Positions 46,319 to 54,622 of a stretch of DNA of 64,000 nucleotides are shown here, piece by piece. The stretch comes from Eubacteriales bacterium (GTDB lineage: Bacteria > Bacillota > Clostridia > Oscillospirales > CAG-272). The notes under the pieces were generated by a model, which did not search any database, was not told where the DNA came from, and saw only the letters and a list, made by a program, of their open reading frames with translations. A program made the position numbers and the translations under genes. Every line of letters starts with the position of its first letter. Position 1 is the first letter of the stretch. The DNA lies in the NCBI GenBank assembly GCA_045660295.1, contig JAZRDN010000043.1, positions 83,357-147,356 of the forward strand, written 5' to 3'.

Positions 46319-46432
46319 ATTCTCGCCGGAAGGGCAAATGGTCAGCGCACCGATGTTTGTGCTAACAACATTGCCGTGGTGTCAGGAGTCGGCTGAACAC
46401 CGACTCCTTTGCTTTGGGCGTGAAAAATGCAG

Positions 46433-46464
46433 AAAAAATGACGGCGTTTAGCCGTCATTTTTTT
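46433..46464. terminator. bidirectional terminator downstream of the NAD(P)HX dehydratase gene
   Basis: AAAAAATGACGGC-GTTTA-GCCGTCATTTTTTT. Confidence 0.8.
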
Positions 46465-46506
46465 GTATGAATGTTCTTATATGGAAACTTTGTGAGCGCG
46501 AGGCGG

Positions 46507-47373
46507 TTAATCCCTGCAATCCTTGATGATTGTCGAAATATGCTCTATAATGTCGCTTGCCATTACCGAGTATTCGCCAAGCTCGTCCGCGGCGGCATCG
46601 CCCGCAAGACCGTGAACGTACACGCCAAGCGTGGTTGCCTCAAACAGAGGAAGCCCTTGCGCAATGAGCGAGGCGATAATTCCCGTCAGAACGTCACCGC
46701 TTCCGCCCGTAGCCATTCCGCTGTTTCCGCTCTTGTTTATATATACCTGCGTGCCGCCGTTGCCGTCGGCAACCACGGTTTCGTGGTCTTTGAGGGCACA
46801 TATAAGCGAATTCCTTTCCGCAAAGCTCAGAGCAAATCCCACCGTGTTTGCCATGACCTCCGCAACGTCGGTGTGGCACAGGCGCGCCATTTCCATCATG
46901 TGCGGCGTGATGATAAGCGGAGCCGAAACGTTGTCAAGAAGCGAAAGCTTTTTTGATATAATGTTCAGCGCGTCAGCATCTGCAATTATGGGAGCATCGG
47001 CAACCGCCAACGCCAATGTGAGAATGCGAAGCGCAAGCTCGCTCTGTCCAAGTCCGACGCCTATAACGATAACGTCGGCTTTTTCTATTGCCTCGGAAAT
47101 AATATCCTCGTTGAAATCGTTTTCCGAGTATGTCGTGAGAATAGCCTCGGGAAGCTGTGTCTGCAAAATAACTCTGTTGACCTCGTGTGTGAGGATATGT
47201 ACCAATCCTGCACCCGTGCGGTACGCCGCCTTTGCCGAAAAATACGCCGCGCCGCTCATACATGGCGATCCGCCGATAACCAGCACACGCCCGAACGTGC
47301 CTTTGTTTGAGTTTTCAGGGCGAAGCGGCATCTTTGAAAGCGCCGCCGGAGAATAAGAGAAAAAGCTTTGCAT
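46507..47373 (-). CDS. nnrD: ADP-dependent NAD(P)H-hydrate dehydratase (YjeF C-terminal domain only)
   Basis: KGTFGRVLVIGGS, GVGLG and GSGDVLTG motifs. ATG at 47373. The 17-aa track extension is rejected. Confidence 0.85.
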   Translation of the reverse strand: MQSFFSYSPAALSKMPLRPENSNKGTFGRVLVIGGSPCMSGAAYFSAKAAYRTGAGLVHILTHEVNRVILQTQLPEAILTTYSENDFNEDIISEAIEKADVIVIGVGLGQSELALRILTLALAVADAPIIADADALNIISKKLSLLDNVSAPLIITPHMMEMARLCHTDVAEVMANTVGFALSFAERNSLICALKDHETVVADGNGGTQVYINKSGNSGMATGGSGDVLTGIIASLIAQGLPLFEATTLGVYVHGLAGDAAADELGEYSVMASDIIEHISTIIKDCRD

Positions 47374-47551
47374 TTTTGGTCCTCTCGAATTTACTGAAAG
47401 TATTGATGTTTTAGTGCAAAACATGAGTATAAAAGTTATAAATATGTGGATAAAAGTTGTTGAAAAACTAATATATTATGGTATAATTATAATATAATAT
47501 CGGTACAAATGCAATAGTTTTGCAAATTTTTTCATTGTGAGAGGTGAAAAT

Positions 47552-50026
47552 ATGAAGTTTGGAAGGTTTATTGTCAACGGTGACCACAGTGCCGTTGATA
47601 ACTCGTTGCCTTGGCTGGAGAAAAAGTGGGGATATTTTGAGTTTGACAGGCGCGCCACAGACCTCTATGACCGAGGTGGACTGGTTACGTTCAGAGATAA
47701 ATTCGCAATTTCCGAAAATGTTAAAAGCGTAAAGCTGACGGCTACCGCTCTCGGCATTTTTGAACTCTATCTTAACGGTAAACGTGTGGGTAATGACGAG
47801 ATGAAGCCCGGGTGGACTGACTACCGTAGCCGCGTTTTTGAGTTCGATTATGACGTTACGGCGCTTTGCAAGACAAGCGGAGATAATATTCTGGTCGCCT
47901 GTGTTGCCCCTGGTTGGTATTCGGGTAGAATTGCCAACTCCTTTTACGGAGATAACGGATGCGCCTTTTGCGCCGAAATAACCGTTACCGACAGGGATAA
48001 CCACACAATCGTATTTGCTACCGATGAGAGCTGGGAGACGGCTTATGGCGGCAGAGTTCGCACAGGTGAGATATGGGACGGCGAGATGTACGACGCGAGA
48101 GAAAAGTGCATTTATTGTGATTCTGACAGCTACGAGTGGAAACATGCCGTATTTGCCGAGAATATTACCTGTAAAATTCTTCCTCACGTGGGTGAAACAA
48201 TAAAAATAAAGAAAAGCGGCATCACCCCCGTCAGTGCGGTGGTCTATGACGGAGTTAAGGATAACGGTACCGACTTTGGCGAGATAGATCTTGTCTCACG
48301 TAAGGTAGGCGGCGGATGCGAGCGCGGAAGCCTTAAAAAAGGGCAGAAGCTTGTGCTCGACTTTGGTGTTGAGTTTACCGCGCGTCCACGCTTTAAGTTC
48401 TATGCACCAAGCGGTACTACCGTGCGCATTTTCTGTGGTGAGATGCTTAACGACAGCGGACTTCGCTCACGCGGAAACGATGGCGCAAAGGGAAGCCTTT
48501 ATATAGAAAATTACCGTTCCGCGCTTTCGAGAATACAGTATGTTTCAAACGGCGAGGTGATGGAGTACACACCCTCGTACAGCTTTTTTGGCTATCGTTA
48601 CCTTGAAATCGTTCCCGATAACGATGTTGAGATACTTTATATTGTCAGCGATATTATCGGAAGCGACCTCAAGAGAACAGGTAAGATAGAGACAAGCAAC
48701 GCCGAGGTGAATAAATTTATTGGTAACGTGTACCGCGGACTTGAGTCTAATTATCTGTCGATCCCCACCGACTGTCCACAGCGTGATGAGCGTCTCGGTT
48801 GGACGGGTGACACACAAATATTCTGCGGTGCGGCGTCGTACTTTGTAAACTCCTACGGATTCCTTTCCAAATGGATGGGAGACATGCGTGATTCAAGAAG
48901 CTCTGACGGACGTTTTCCGTTCATTGCACCCACCTGCTTTTGCGAGGACAGAAAATTCGGCGCGGGCGCGTGGAGTGACGCGGGAATCATCGTGCCTTAT
49001 AAAATGTGGCTTATGTACGGCGACAAGACCATACTTGAGGATAACTACGAGGCAATGGAGCTTCACTTAAAGTGCCTTTATGATACCTACGGGCTTGAGG
49101 GTCCCACTCCCATTTTCGGTGACTGGCTTGCGTATGAATGTTCGCCCGCAAACTATGTTTCGATATGCTATTTCTTCTACGATGCCATGCTTATGGAAAA
49201 GATAAGTCGATTGCTTGACAAACCCGAAAGGGCAGAGTATTATGGCGAGCTTGGTCAAAAGATAAAGGACTATTATGCCGAAAAATTTATTGAGAACGGC
49301 GAATTTAAGGTCAAAACACAAACCGGATATATTCTTCCTCTTGCTTTTGATATGCTTAGCGGCGAGCTCCGCGAAAAGGCGGTAAAAGAGCTTAAGGTCA
49401 AAGTAGTTGATAACGACTATACTCTTACCACAGGCTTTGTTGGTACGGGATTGATAAATCAAACGCTGGATAAGATGGGGCTTGACGATGAAGCTTATTC
49501 GCTTCTTTTGCAGACCAAAGACCCCTCGTGGCTGTACAGTGTCCGTCAAGGCGCTACCACTGTTTGGGAACGCTGGAATTCCTACACGCTTGAAAAGGGC
49601 TTTGGTCAGGTGACTATGAATTCCTTTAATCACTACGCATACGGTGCGGTGACAGAGTGGATGTTTGCGGCAATGGCGGGTATAAAGCCCGTGGAGGAAT
49701 ATCCGGGCTTTGAAAAATTCGTGCTCGCTCCAACTCCCGATACAAGGGAATTTATCCCCGAGGGACAGGAGAGAATTACAAGCGTGAAAGCCGAATTTGA
49801 AAGCGTACGCGGACTTATAAAGGCGGCTTGGTGCTATGAAAACGGCGAGTTCGTCTATAGAGTCACCGTTCCCGAAAACACCGAGGCGAGGGTTGAATTC
49901 CCGCTTCTGTCTGGCAGAAACAGCGTGAATGTCAACGGACTCGTGTTTGAGGAATGCGATAACTTCGCCTCTCAAAACGGAAAAATGTACTTCACACTCA
50001 CGGCTGGTGAATACGTTATAAAATAA
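47552..50026 (+). CDS. alpha-L-rhamnosidase (GH78), no signal peptide
   Basis: DCPQRDERLGWTGD hallmark, (alpha/alpha)6 catalytic region, about 824 aa. ATG at 47552 after GAGGTG. Confidence 0.88.
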   Translation: MKFGRFIVNGDHSAVDNSLPWLEKKWGYFEFDRRATDLYDRGGLVTFRDKFAISENVKSVKLTATALGIFELYLNGKRVGNDEMKPGWTDYRSRVFEFDYDVTALCKTSGDNILVACVAPGWYSGRIANSFYGDNGCAFCAEITVTDRDNHTIVFATDESWETAYGGRVRTGEIWDGEMYDAREKCIYCDSDSYEWKHAVFAENITCKILPHVGETIKIKKSGITPVSAVVYDGVKDNGTDFGEIDLVSRKVGGGCERGSLKKGQKLVLDFGVEFTARPRFKFYAPSGTTVRIFCGEMLNDSGLRSRGNDGAKGSLYIENYRSALSRIQYVSNGEVMEYTPSYSFFGYRYLEIVPDNDVEILYIVSDIIGSDLKRTGKIETSNAEVNKFIGNVYRGLESNYLSIPTDCPQRDERLGWTGDTQIFCGAASYFVNSYGFLSKWMGDMRDSRSSDGRFPFIAPTCFCEDRKFGAGAWSDAGIIVPYKMWLMYGDKTILEDNYEAMELHLKCLYDTYGLEGPTPIFGDWLAYECSPANYVSICYFFYDAMLMEKISRLLDKPERAEYYGELGQKIKDYYAEKFIENGEFKVKTQTGYILPLAFDMLSGELREKAVKELKVKVVDNDYTLTTGFVGTGLINQTLDKMGLDDEAYSLLLQTKDPSWLYSVRQGATTVWERWNSYTLEKGFGQVTMNSFNHYAYGAVTEWMFAAMAGIKPVEEYPGFEKFVLAPTPDTREFIPEGQERITSVKAEFESVRGLIKAAWCYENGEFVYRVTVPENTEARVEFPLLSGRNSVNVNGLVFEECDNFASQNGKMYFTLTAGEYVIK

Positions 50027-50029
50027 AAC

Positions 50030-50057
50030 AAAAGGAGCTGATTTCAGCTCCTTTTTA
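50030..50057. terminator. bidirectional terminator between the GH78 gene and the convergent operon
   Basis: AAAAGGAGCTG-ATTT-CAGCTCCTTTT. The stop codon of the minus-strand gene lies in the 3' arm. Confidence 0.85.
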
Positions 50058-50444
50058 CGTCCAATCTAACTCATAGTTTCCGCTTGCTTTTTTTATTTTT
50101 ACTACAAGATAGCAGCGCGACTTTTCTTGTGGATAAATATTGCCCGTGGAAGTTTTGCTGTCAAGCGACAGCAAAACTTCTTTTCTATTGCTAATAACTT
50201 TGGCGGTAACAGAGCCTTGCGACAGCTCTTGCTTCAATTCAAATCTGTAGCTTTTTGCCTCGTCAAGCCTTATGACTCTTTTGAAAGTGCCGTTGCATTT
50301 TGAAAAATGTGCACGTTTTATATTTCCCACGTACATCAGCGAAGCGTGAGAAGTAAAGGTTAAAAGTCCGCCTATGTAAGCCAAGTAAACCGCAACAAGA
50401 ATTGCCGCCACAATAAGCGCGCCTTTGATGATAGCTTCTATCAT
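50055..50444 (-). CDS. hypothetical membrane-anchored protein
   Basis: One N-terminal TM helix (ALIVAAILVAVYLAYIGGLL) followed by a roughly 95-aa beta-rich domain. Its start overlaps the ttcA-like stop by 4 nt. Confidence 0.5.
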   Translation of the reverse strand: MIEAIIKGALIVAAILVAVYLAYIGGLLTFTSHASLMYVGNIKRAHFSKCNGTFKRVIRLDEAKSYRFELKQELSQGSVTAKVISNRKEVLLSLDSKTSTGNIYPQEKSRCYLVVKIKKASGNYELDWT

Positions 50445-51211
50445 TCTTCGTTATCCTCCGTATATTCCTTTATCCCTTGCATTCTGCCCATGGGCTTGAA
50501 GCCGTCTATCTCGCCGCGCTGGATAGCGCCGAAAATGCGGTATTTAAGCCCCTTGTTGGTGCGCTCGATGGTGTTTAAAAGCGTGTCCATGTCTGCGCGC
50601 TTGGTGTTTCCGTCGGCGGGGCAGGGCGATTTTATAACAGGAAGCTCAGCCTTTGAAGCGAAATAGCGCACGTCCTTTTCGGGCATGTATATCATGGGTC
50701 TGATAAGGTGCAGGTCAATGCGTGACAGATACGTTACGGGCTGGAAGCACCCCAGACGCCCCTCGTAGAAAAGATTTAGCATAAAGGTGTTGACCACGTC
50801 GTCAAAATGATGCCCCAGCGCTACCTTATTGCACCCAAGCTCCTTAGCCGTGTTGTGGAGTGAGCCGCGGCGCATTTTGGCGCAAAGCGAGCAGGGATTT
50901 GACTCCTTACGCACGTCGAAAATTATTTTTGCTATCTCGGTTTTTGTAATGTGATAGGGAACGCCCAGCTCGTCGCAAAGCGCCTGTATGGGCGAAAAAT
51001 CCATAGGTTTGTCAAAGCCCATATCAACCGTTATCGCCACCAAATCAAACTTTTTGGGATAAAAGCGCTTGAGCTCGGCAAGGGCGCAAAGAAGCGTCAG
51101 CGAATCCTTGCCCGCCGATACTCCAACGGCAATTTTGTCGCCGTCCTCTATCATGCTGTAATCGTCTACCGCTCTGCGCGTGTAGCTTAAAATTCTCTTT
51201 ATGTTTTCCAT
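50441..51211 (-). CDS. ttcA: PP-loop ATPase of the TtcA (tRNA 2-thiocytidine) family
   Basis: PP-loop VGVSAGKDS, CSLCAKMRRG (CxxC), GHH.DD motif. ATG at 51211, 1 nt after the upstream stop. Confidence 0.75.
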   Translation of the reverse strand: MENIKRILSYTRRAVDDYSMIEDGDKIAVGVSAGKDSLTLLCALAELKRFYPKKFDLVAITVDMGFDKPMDFSPIQALCDELGVPYHITKTEIAKIIFDVRKESNPCSLCAKMRRGSLHNTAKELGCNKVALGHHFDDVVNTFMLNLFYEGRLGCFQPVTYLSRIDLHLIRPMIYMPEKDVRYFASKAELPVIKSPCPADGNTKRADMDTLLNTIERTNKGLKYRIFGAIQRGEIDGFKPMGRMQGIKEYTEDNEE

Positions 51212-51212
51212 T

Positions 51213-51983
51213 TTATTTCTTAAAAAACTCCGCAAAGGAGCAGTTTTCATATATTTTTTCGGCATCCTCGCTCATGCTTCGCTCCGCGTCCTTGTAAAGT
51301 ACTAACGGATTTGTAAGCGTAAGCGACGGCGAAGCGCCTTTTTTGGCTTCTATAAGTACCATCGATGGGGCGGTCTTTACGTCTCCCTGAACAAAGGTCA
51401 TCTTTTTAGGCTCTAACCTGTTGCGCCTTAACGCGTCGATCAGGTCTATGAGTCTGTCGGGGCGGTAGACAACGTAAAATCTTCCGCCGAACTTAAGAAG
51501 CCTGTACGCCGCCGCGCAAAAATCGTCAATGCCGCCAAAGACCTCGTGACGGGCAATATACTTTGCTTCGCATTCGTTGCGCTTTCCGCTTTCGGTCTTC
51601 ATGTACGGGGGATTTGAAAATACCGCGTCAGCCTCACATCCGAAAACCGAGGCATTCAGCCCGCGCACGTCACCGCTAAAGACCTCTATTTTCTCAGCCA
51701 TGCCGTTGATAGCGACATTTCTTTTTATCAGCTCGCAGTAATCCTCTTGTATCTCGGCAACCGCTATGCGGTCAAAACGCTTCCTTGAAGCCGCCAGCAG
51801 GGAAATAATGCCCGTGCCGCCGCCAAGCTCTACCGCAAATCCGCCGCGATTTGCGTACATGTATGCGGCAAGCAGATAAGCGTCTGTGCCAAAGGTAAGT
51901 CCGTCAGTTTTTTGCAGGAGCTTCAGCGATTCGTTTACTTCATCAAGCCTTTCGCCCTCGCGACTGGTAATATCAGTTTTCAT
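51213..51983 (-). CDS. SAM-dependent N6-adenine methyltransferase, TrmN6/YfiC/YabB-like
   Basis: GGGTGIISL SAM motif and the NPPY catalytic tetrad (FSNPPYMK). Corresponds to yabB in the Bacillus holB-yaaT-yabA-yabB string. Confidence 0.8.
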   Translation of the reverse strand: MKTDITSREGERLDEVNESLKLLQKTDGLTFGTDAYLLAAYMYANRGGFAVELGGGTGIISLLAASRKRFDRIAVAEIQEDYCELIKRNVAINGMAEKIEVFSGDVRGLNASVFGCEADAVFSNPPYMKTESGKRNECEAKYIARHEVFGGIDDFCAAAYRLLKFGGRFYVVYRPDRLIDLIDALRRNRLEPKKMTFVQGDVKTAPSMVLIEAKKGASPSLTLTNPLVLYKDAERSMSEDAEKIYENCSFAEFFKK

Positions 51984-52000
51984 TTTTATCTCCGAATTTT

Positions 52001-52031
52001 ACAGAAAATGGGCTGTCCCGCAGGACAGCCC
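52001..52031 (-). terminator. terminator after the ferredoxin gene
   Basis: GGGCTGTCC-CGCA-GGACAGCCC perfect 9-bp stem, followed on the minus strand by ATTTTCTGT. Confidence 0.6.
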
Positions 52032-52046
52032 TTCATAAGTATGGAA

Positions 52047-52217
52047 TTACTCAGCCTGGGGAGCGCCTACGGGACAAGCGTCTGCACAAGCACCGCAATC
52101 AACGCACTTTTCAGGGTCGATAACGTAGATTCCATCACCCTCAGCGATAGCCTCGCAGGGGCACTGATCAGCGCATGCACCGCATGCTACGCAATCTTCA
52201 TTAATCTTGTATGCCAT
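52047..52217 (-). CDS. 2x[4Fe-4S] ferredoxin (56 aa)
   Basis: CVACGACADQCP and CVDCGACADACP motifs. ATG at 52217, 9 nt after GGAGG. The track extension is rejected. Confidence 0.92.
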   Translation of the reverse strand: MAYKINEDCVACGACADQCPCEAIAEGDGIYVIDPEKCVDCGACADACPVGAPQAE

Positions 52218-52348
52218 GTTTATGTACCTCCGATTTTTATGATAGATATATTGTATCACACTTTTTGTGTTTTGAAAAGCCCTTTTTTGAAAAAATATAA
52301 GATATTTTCAAAAAACTTTCGCAAAATCACAAAAAATACGAACCAAAA

Positions 52349-53500
52349 TTAATTTTCGCCGCTTTCTTCCTCGGCTTTTTTGCTTGAACGTGAGAGGACC
52401 TGCACGTTGTCACGGTGATAAGGCTTGGGCATTCCCTCAACGTCGTTGAGCTTGACCTTTATCATTCCCAGAAGCGGAGCGATCTCGCAAACAGTACCAA
52501 CGCCGTCGGGAGTTTTTACTACCGAGTCAACGGGGGGGGTAAGACGAATTTCTTCCTCGTAAGTTTGATGCTCGTAGCGCAGACAGCACATAAGTCTGCC
52601 GCAATTGCCCGAGATCTTGGTGGAGTTGAGAGAAAGGTTCTGCTCCTTAGCCATTTTTATGGATACCTGACCGAAGTCGGTGAGGTAGCCCGAGCAGCAA
52701 AGGGCGCGTCCGCATATACCAAGACCGCCGATGAGCTTTGCCTCGTCTCTTATGCCGATCTGACGAAGCTCTATTCGTGTTCTGAAAACCGAGGCGAGGT
52801 CCTTTACCAACTCGCGGAAGTCAACTCGACCCGCTGACGTGAAGTAAAAGAGGAGCTTTGAGTTGTCAAATGTGTACTGAACGTCAACAAGCTTCATATC
52901 CAGCTTGTGATCCTCTATTTTTTCGTTGCCTATTTTAAAGGCTTCGTCTTCTTTTTTCTGATTTTCCTTGTTATGAAGAATGTCTTCCTTGGTGGCGATC
53001 CTTATGCAAGGACGGAGTGGGGGAACTATGTCGGTGGTGGGAACCTTGCGGTTGGATATCCACACCTCGCCAAACTCGGGACCCCTCGCCGTGTCAACTA
53101 TGGCAAACTCTCCGCGCTTTGCGGTGCAGCCGTTGGGATCGAAGTAGTACACCTTGCCTGTCTTTTTGAAGCGCACACCGATAATGTCGGTCGTTTCCAC
53201 GTCTTCCGTGGGGGTTTCTTCCTTTTTGGGAGCTTCCACTATACGGTCGATAGGCGGAATGATGTCGGCATCGATCTCGGCTATCACCTCTGGGGAGAGC
53301 ACTACATCTTCAATATCAATCTTTTTCGATTCTTCCTTGCGGGGCGCAGGCGAATCGAAATCAAATTCGGGAAGAACTATCTCCGGCATTTGCTCCTGAG
53401 GCTTCTTTGGTTTTTTCTGCTCACCGGATTTTCCGCGGTTGTGATTTTTTCCGTGGTGACGGTTGTTGTTTCTTCTTTTTTCGTTGTTCTTTTCGTTCAT
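52349..53500 (-). CDS. ricT: PSP1-domain protein YaaT/RicT with a roughly 105-aa N-terminal low-complexity extension
   Basis: The core from IIGVRFKKTGKVYYFDP onward, with the CGR.LCC...C..C Cys pattern typical of YaaT. Directly follows holB. Confidence 0.85.
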   Translation of the reverse strand: MNEKNNEKRRNNNRHHGKNHNRGKSGEQKKPKKPQEQMPEIVLPEFDFDSPAPRKEESKKIDIEDVVLSPEVIAEIDADIIPPIDRIVEAPKKEETPTEDVETTDIIGVRFKKTGKVYYFDPNGCTAKRGEFAIVDTARGPEFGEVWISNRKVPTTDIVPPLRPCIRIATKEDILHNKENQKKEDEAFKIGNEKIEDHKLDMKLVDVQYTFDNSKLLFYFTSAGRVDFRELVKDLASVFRTRIELRQIGIRDEAKLIGGLGICGRALCCSGYLTDFGQVSIKMAKEQNLSLNSTKISGNCGRLMCCLRYEHQTYEEEIRLTPPVDSVVKTPDGVGTVCEIAPLLGMIKVKLNDVEGMPKPYHRDNVQVLSRSSKKAEEESGEN

Positions 53501-53515
53501 TTTACAAACAATTCC

Positions 53516-54535
53516 TTACTGTATATTTGCAAGCAACGCTGTCAGCGTCAGCTTGATATTAGCGTTTCTCGTGAGTGTTTGCTTGGTGCTTTCTATCTTG
53601 TCGTACAGGGCGAGTATAGAAGAAAGACTTGTGGAATAAGACTTTTCGGTAGCCTGCTCTCGGTCGGAATAGAAGCAGAGCACGGCATCCTCGCTCTTTT
53701 TCAAGAGTATCAGATCTCTGAGCGCCGTTTCGGCGTAGGTTAATATGGGTAACAGCTCGTCCTGCTTTTGTGGCAGTGAGGTGATGAGCTCCACAAGCGG
53801 AAGCGTGTTTTTTGCCAGCGCCAGATTTATAAACTGTTCAGCAGTCTCGCGTTGCTTTATGAAAGGCTGACGGGTCTTTTCGTCAATCAGCTCAAGGGCG
53901 CGCCCGATCGAGCCGTTGGAGATAGAAACCACGGCGTCAAGCTCTGAAGGGCGAGCGCTCGCCAGCTTTTTAGCGTCCTCGGAGTGGGTCAAAAGATACT
54001 CGCGTATCTTTTCTTGAGATATAGGCTCGGTGCGGAGCAGAGGCGCACGGCTTTTTACAGTTTCAAGCAGTTTTTCCTCCGATTCGCAAAGCAGGAAAAA
54101 TATTATATACGACGGTGGCTCCTCAAGCGTCAGCAGAAGCGCGTTTTGCGCCTGCGGAGTCATGGTGTGGGTGTCCTCGATAATATATATTTTTCGCTCA
54201 AGCTCGTTGGGCGTTATCCTTACCGTGCGCTGAATCTCGCGTATCTGGTCTATTTTTACCGAAGCCCCATTTTTTTCTATTGTGAAAATATCGGGCGATT
54301 TTTTTTCAAGAATCTTTCGGCAAGAGGGGCACCTTGTGCAGGGAAGCGCGAAATCGCTTTTTCCTTTGTTTTCACAGGCAAGCGCCGCGGCGCACATCAT
54401 TGCTATGGTGTGCTTTCCGCTTCCGCGCGGACCCGAAAGAATGTACGCGTGTGAGAGGTTGCCCGCAAGGATATCGTCACACAGACGGCGGCGCAATTTT
54501 TCGTTTCCCACAACTTCGGTCATTGGTAAACTCAT
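53516..54535 (-). CDS. holB: DNA polymerase III subunit delta'
   Basis: AAA+ N-terminus (HAYILSGPRGSGKHTIA), Zn module CTRCPSCRKI, followed by yaaT. Confidence 0.9.
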   Translation of the reverse strand: MSLPMTEVVGNEKLRRRLCDDILAGNLSHAYILSGPRGSGKHTIAMMCAAALACENKGKSDFALPCTRCPSCRKILEKKSPDIFTIEKNGASVKIDQIREIQRTVRITPNELERKIYIIEDTHTMTPQAQNALLLTLEEPPSYIIFFLLCESEEKLLETVKSRAPLLRTEPISQEKIREYLLTHSEDAKKLASARPSELDAVVSISNGSIGRALELIDEKTRQPFIKQRETAEQFINLALAKNTLPLVELITSLPQKQDELLPILTYAETALRDLILLKKSEDAVLCFYSDREQATEKSYSTSLSSILALYDKIESTKQTLTRNANIKLTLTALLANIQ

Positions 54536-54574
54536 ATTTGCACCTCCAATCTAAAACTCCAACTTATATTATAT

Positions 54575-54603
54575 ATTATAGCAGACAAATCCGATTCTGT
54601 CAA
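54575..54603 (-). promoter_or_regulatory. perfect-consensus sigma-A promoter of holB
   Basis: On the minus strand: TTGACA (54598-54603), 17 nt, TATAAT (54575-54580). Confidence 0.7.
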
Positions 54604-54622
54604 TCGGAAATTTTAAGGTTGC

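Noticed and set aside
46136-46396. An 86-aa track ORF overlapping the rpsU region.
   Set aside because: It is an alternative frame of the real 58-aa S21 gene (46096-46272) and runs through the rpsU terminator hairpin. It has no RBS and its composition looks non-protein.
47445-47453. A perfect DnaA-box 9-mer (TGTGGATAA, the reverse complement of TTATCCACA) in the nnrD/GH78 intergenic region.
   Set aside because: It is a single copy. About 0.5 chance occurrences of a given 9-mer are expected in 64 kb on both strands, and there is no cluster, AT-rich unwinding element, or dnaA/dnaN nearby.
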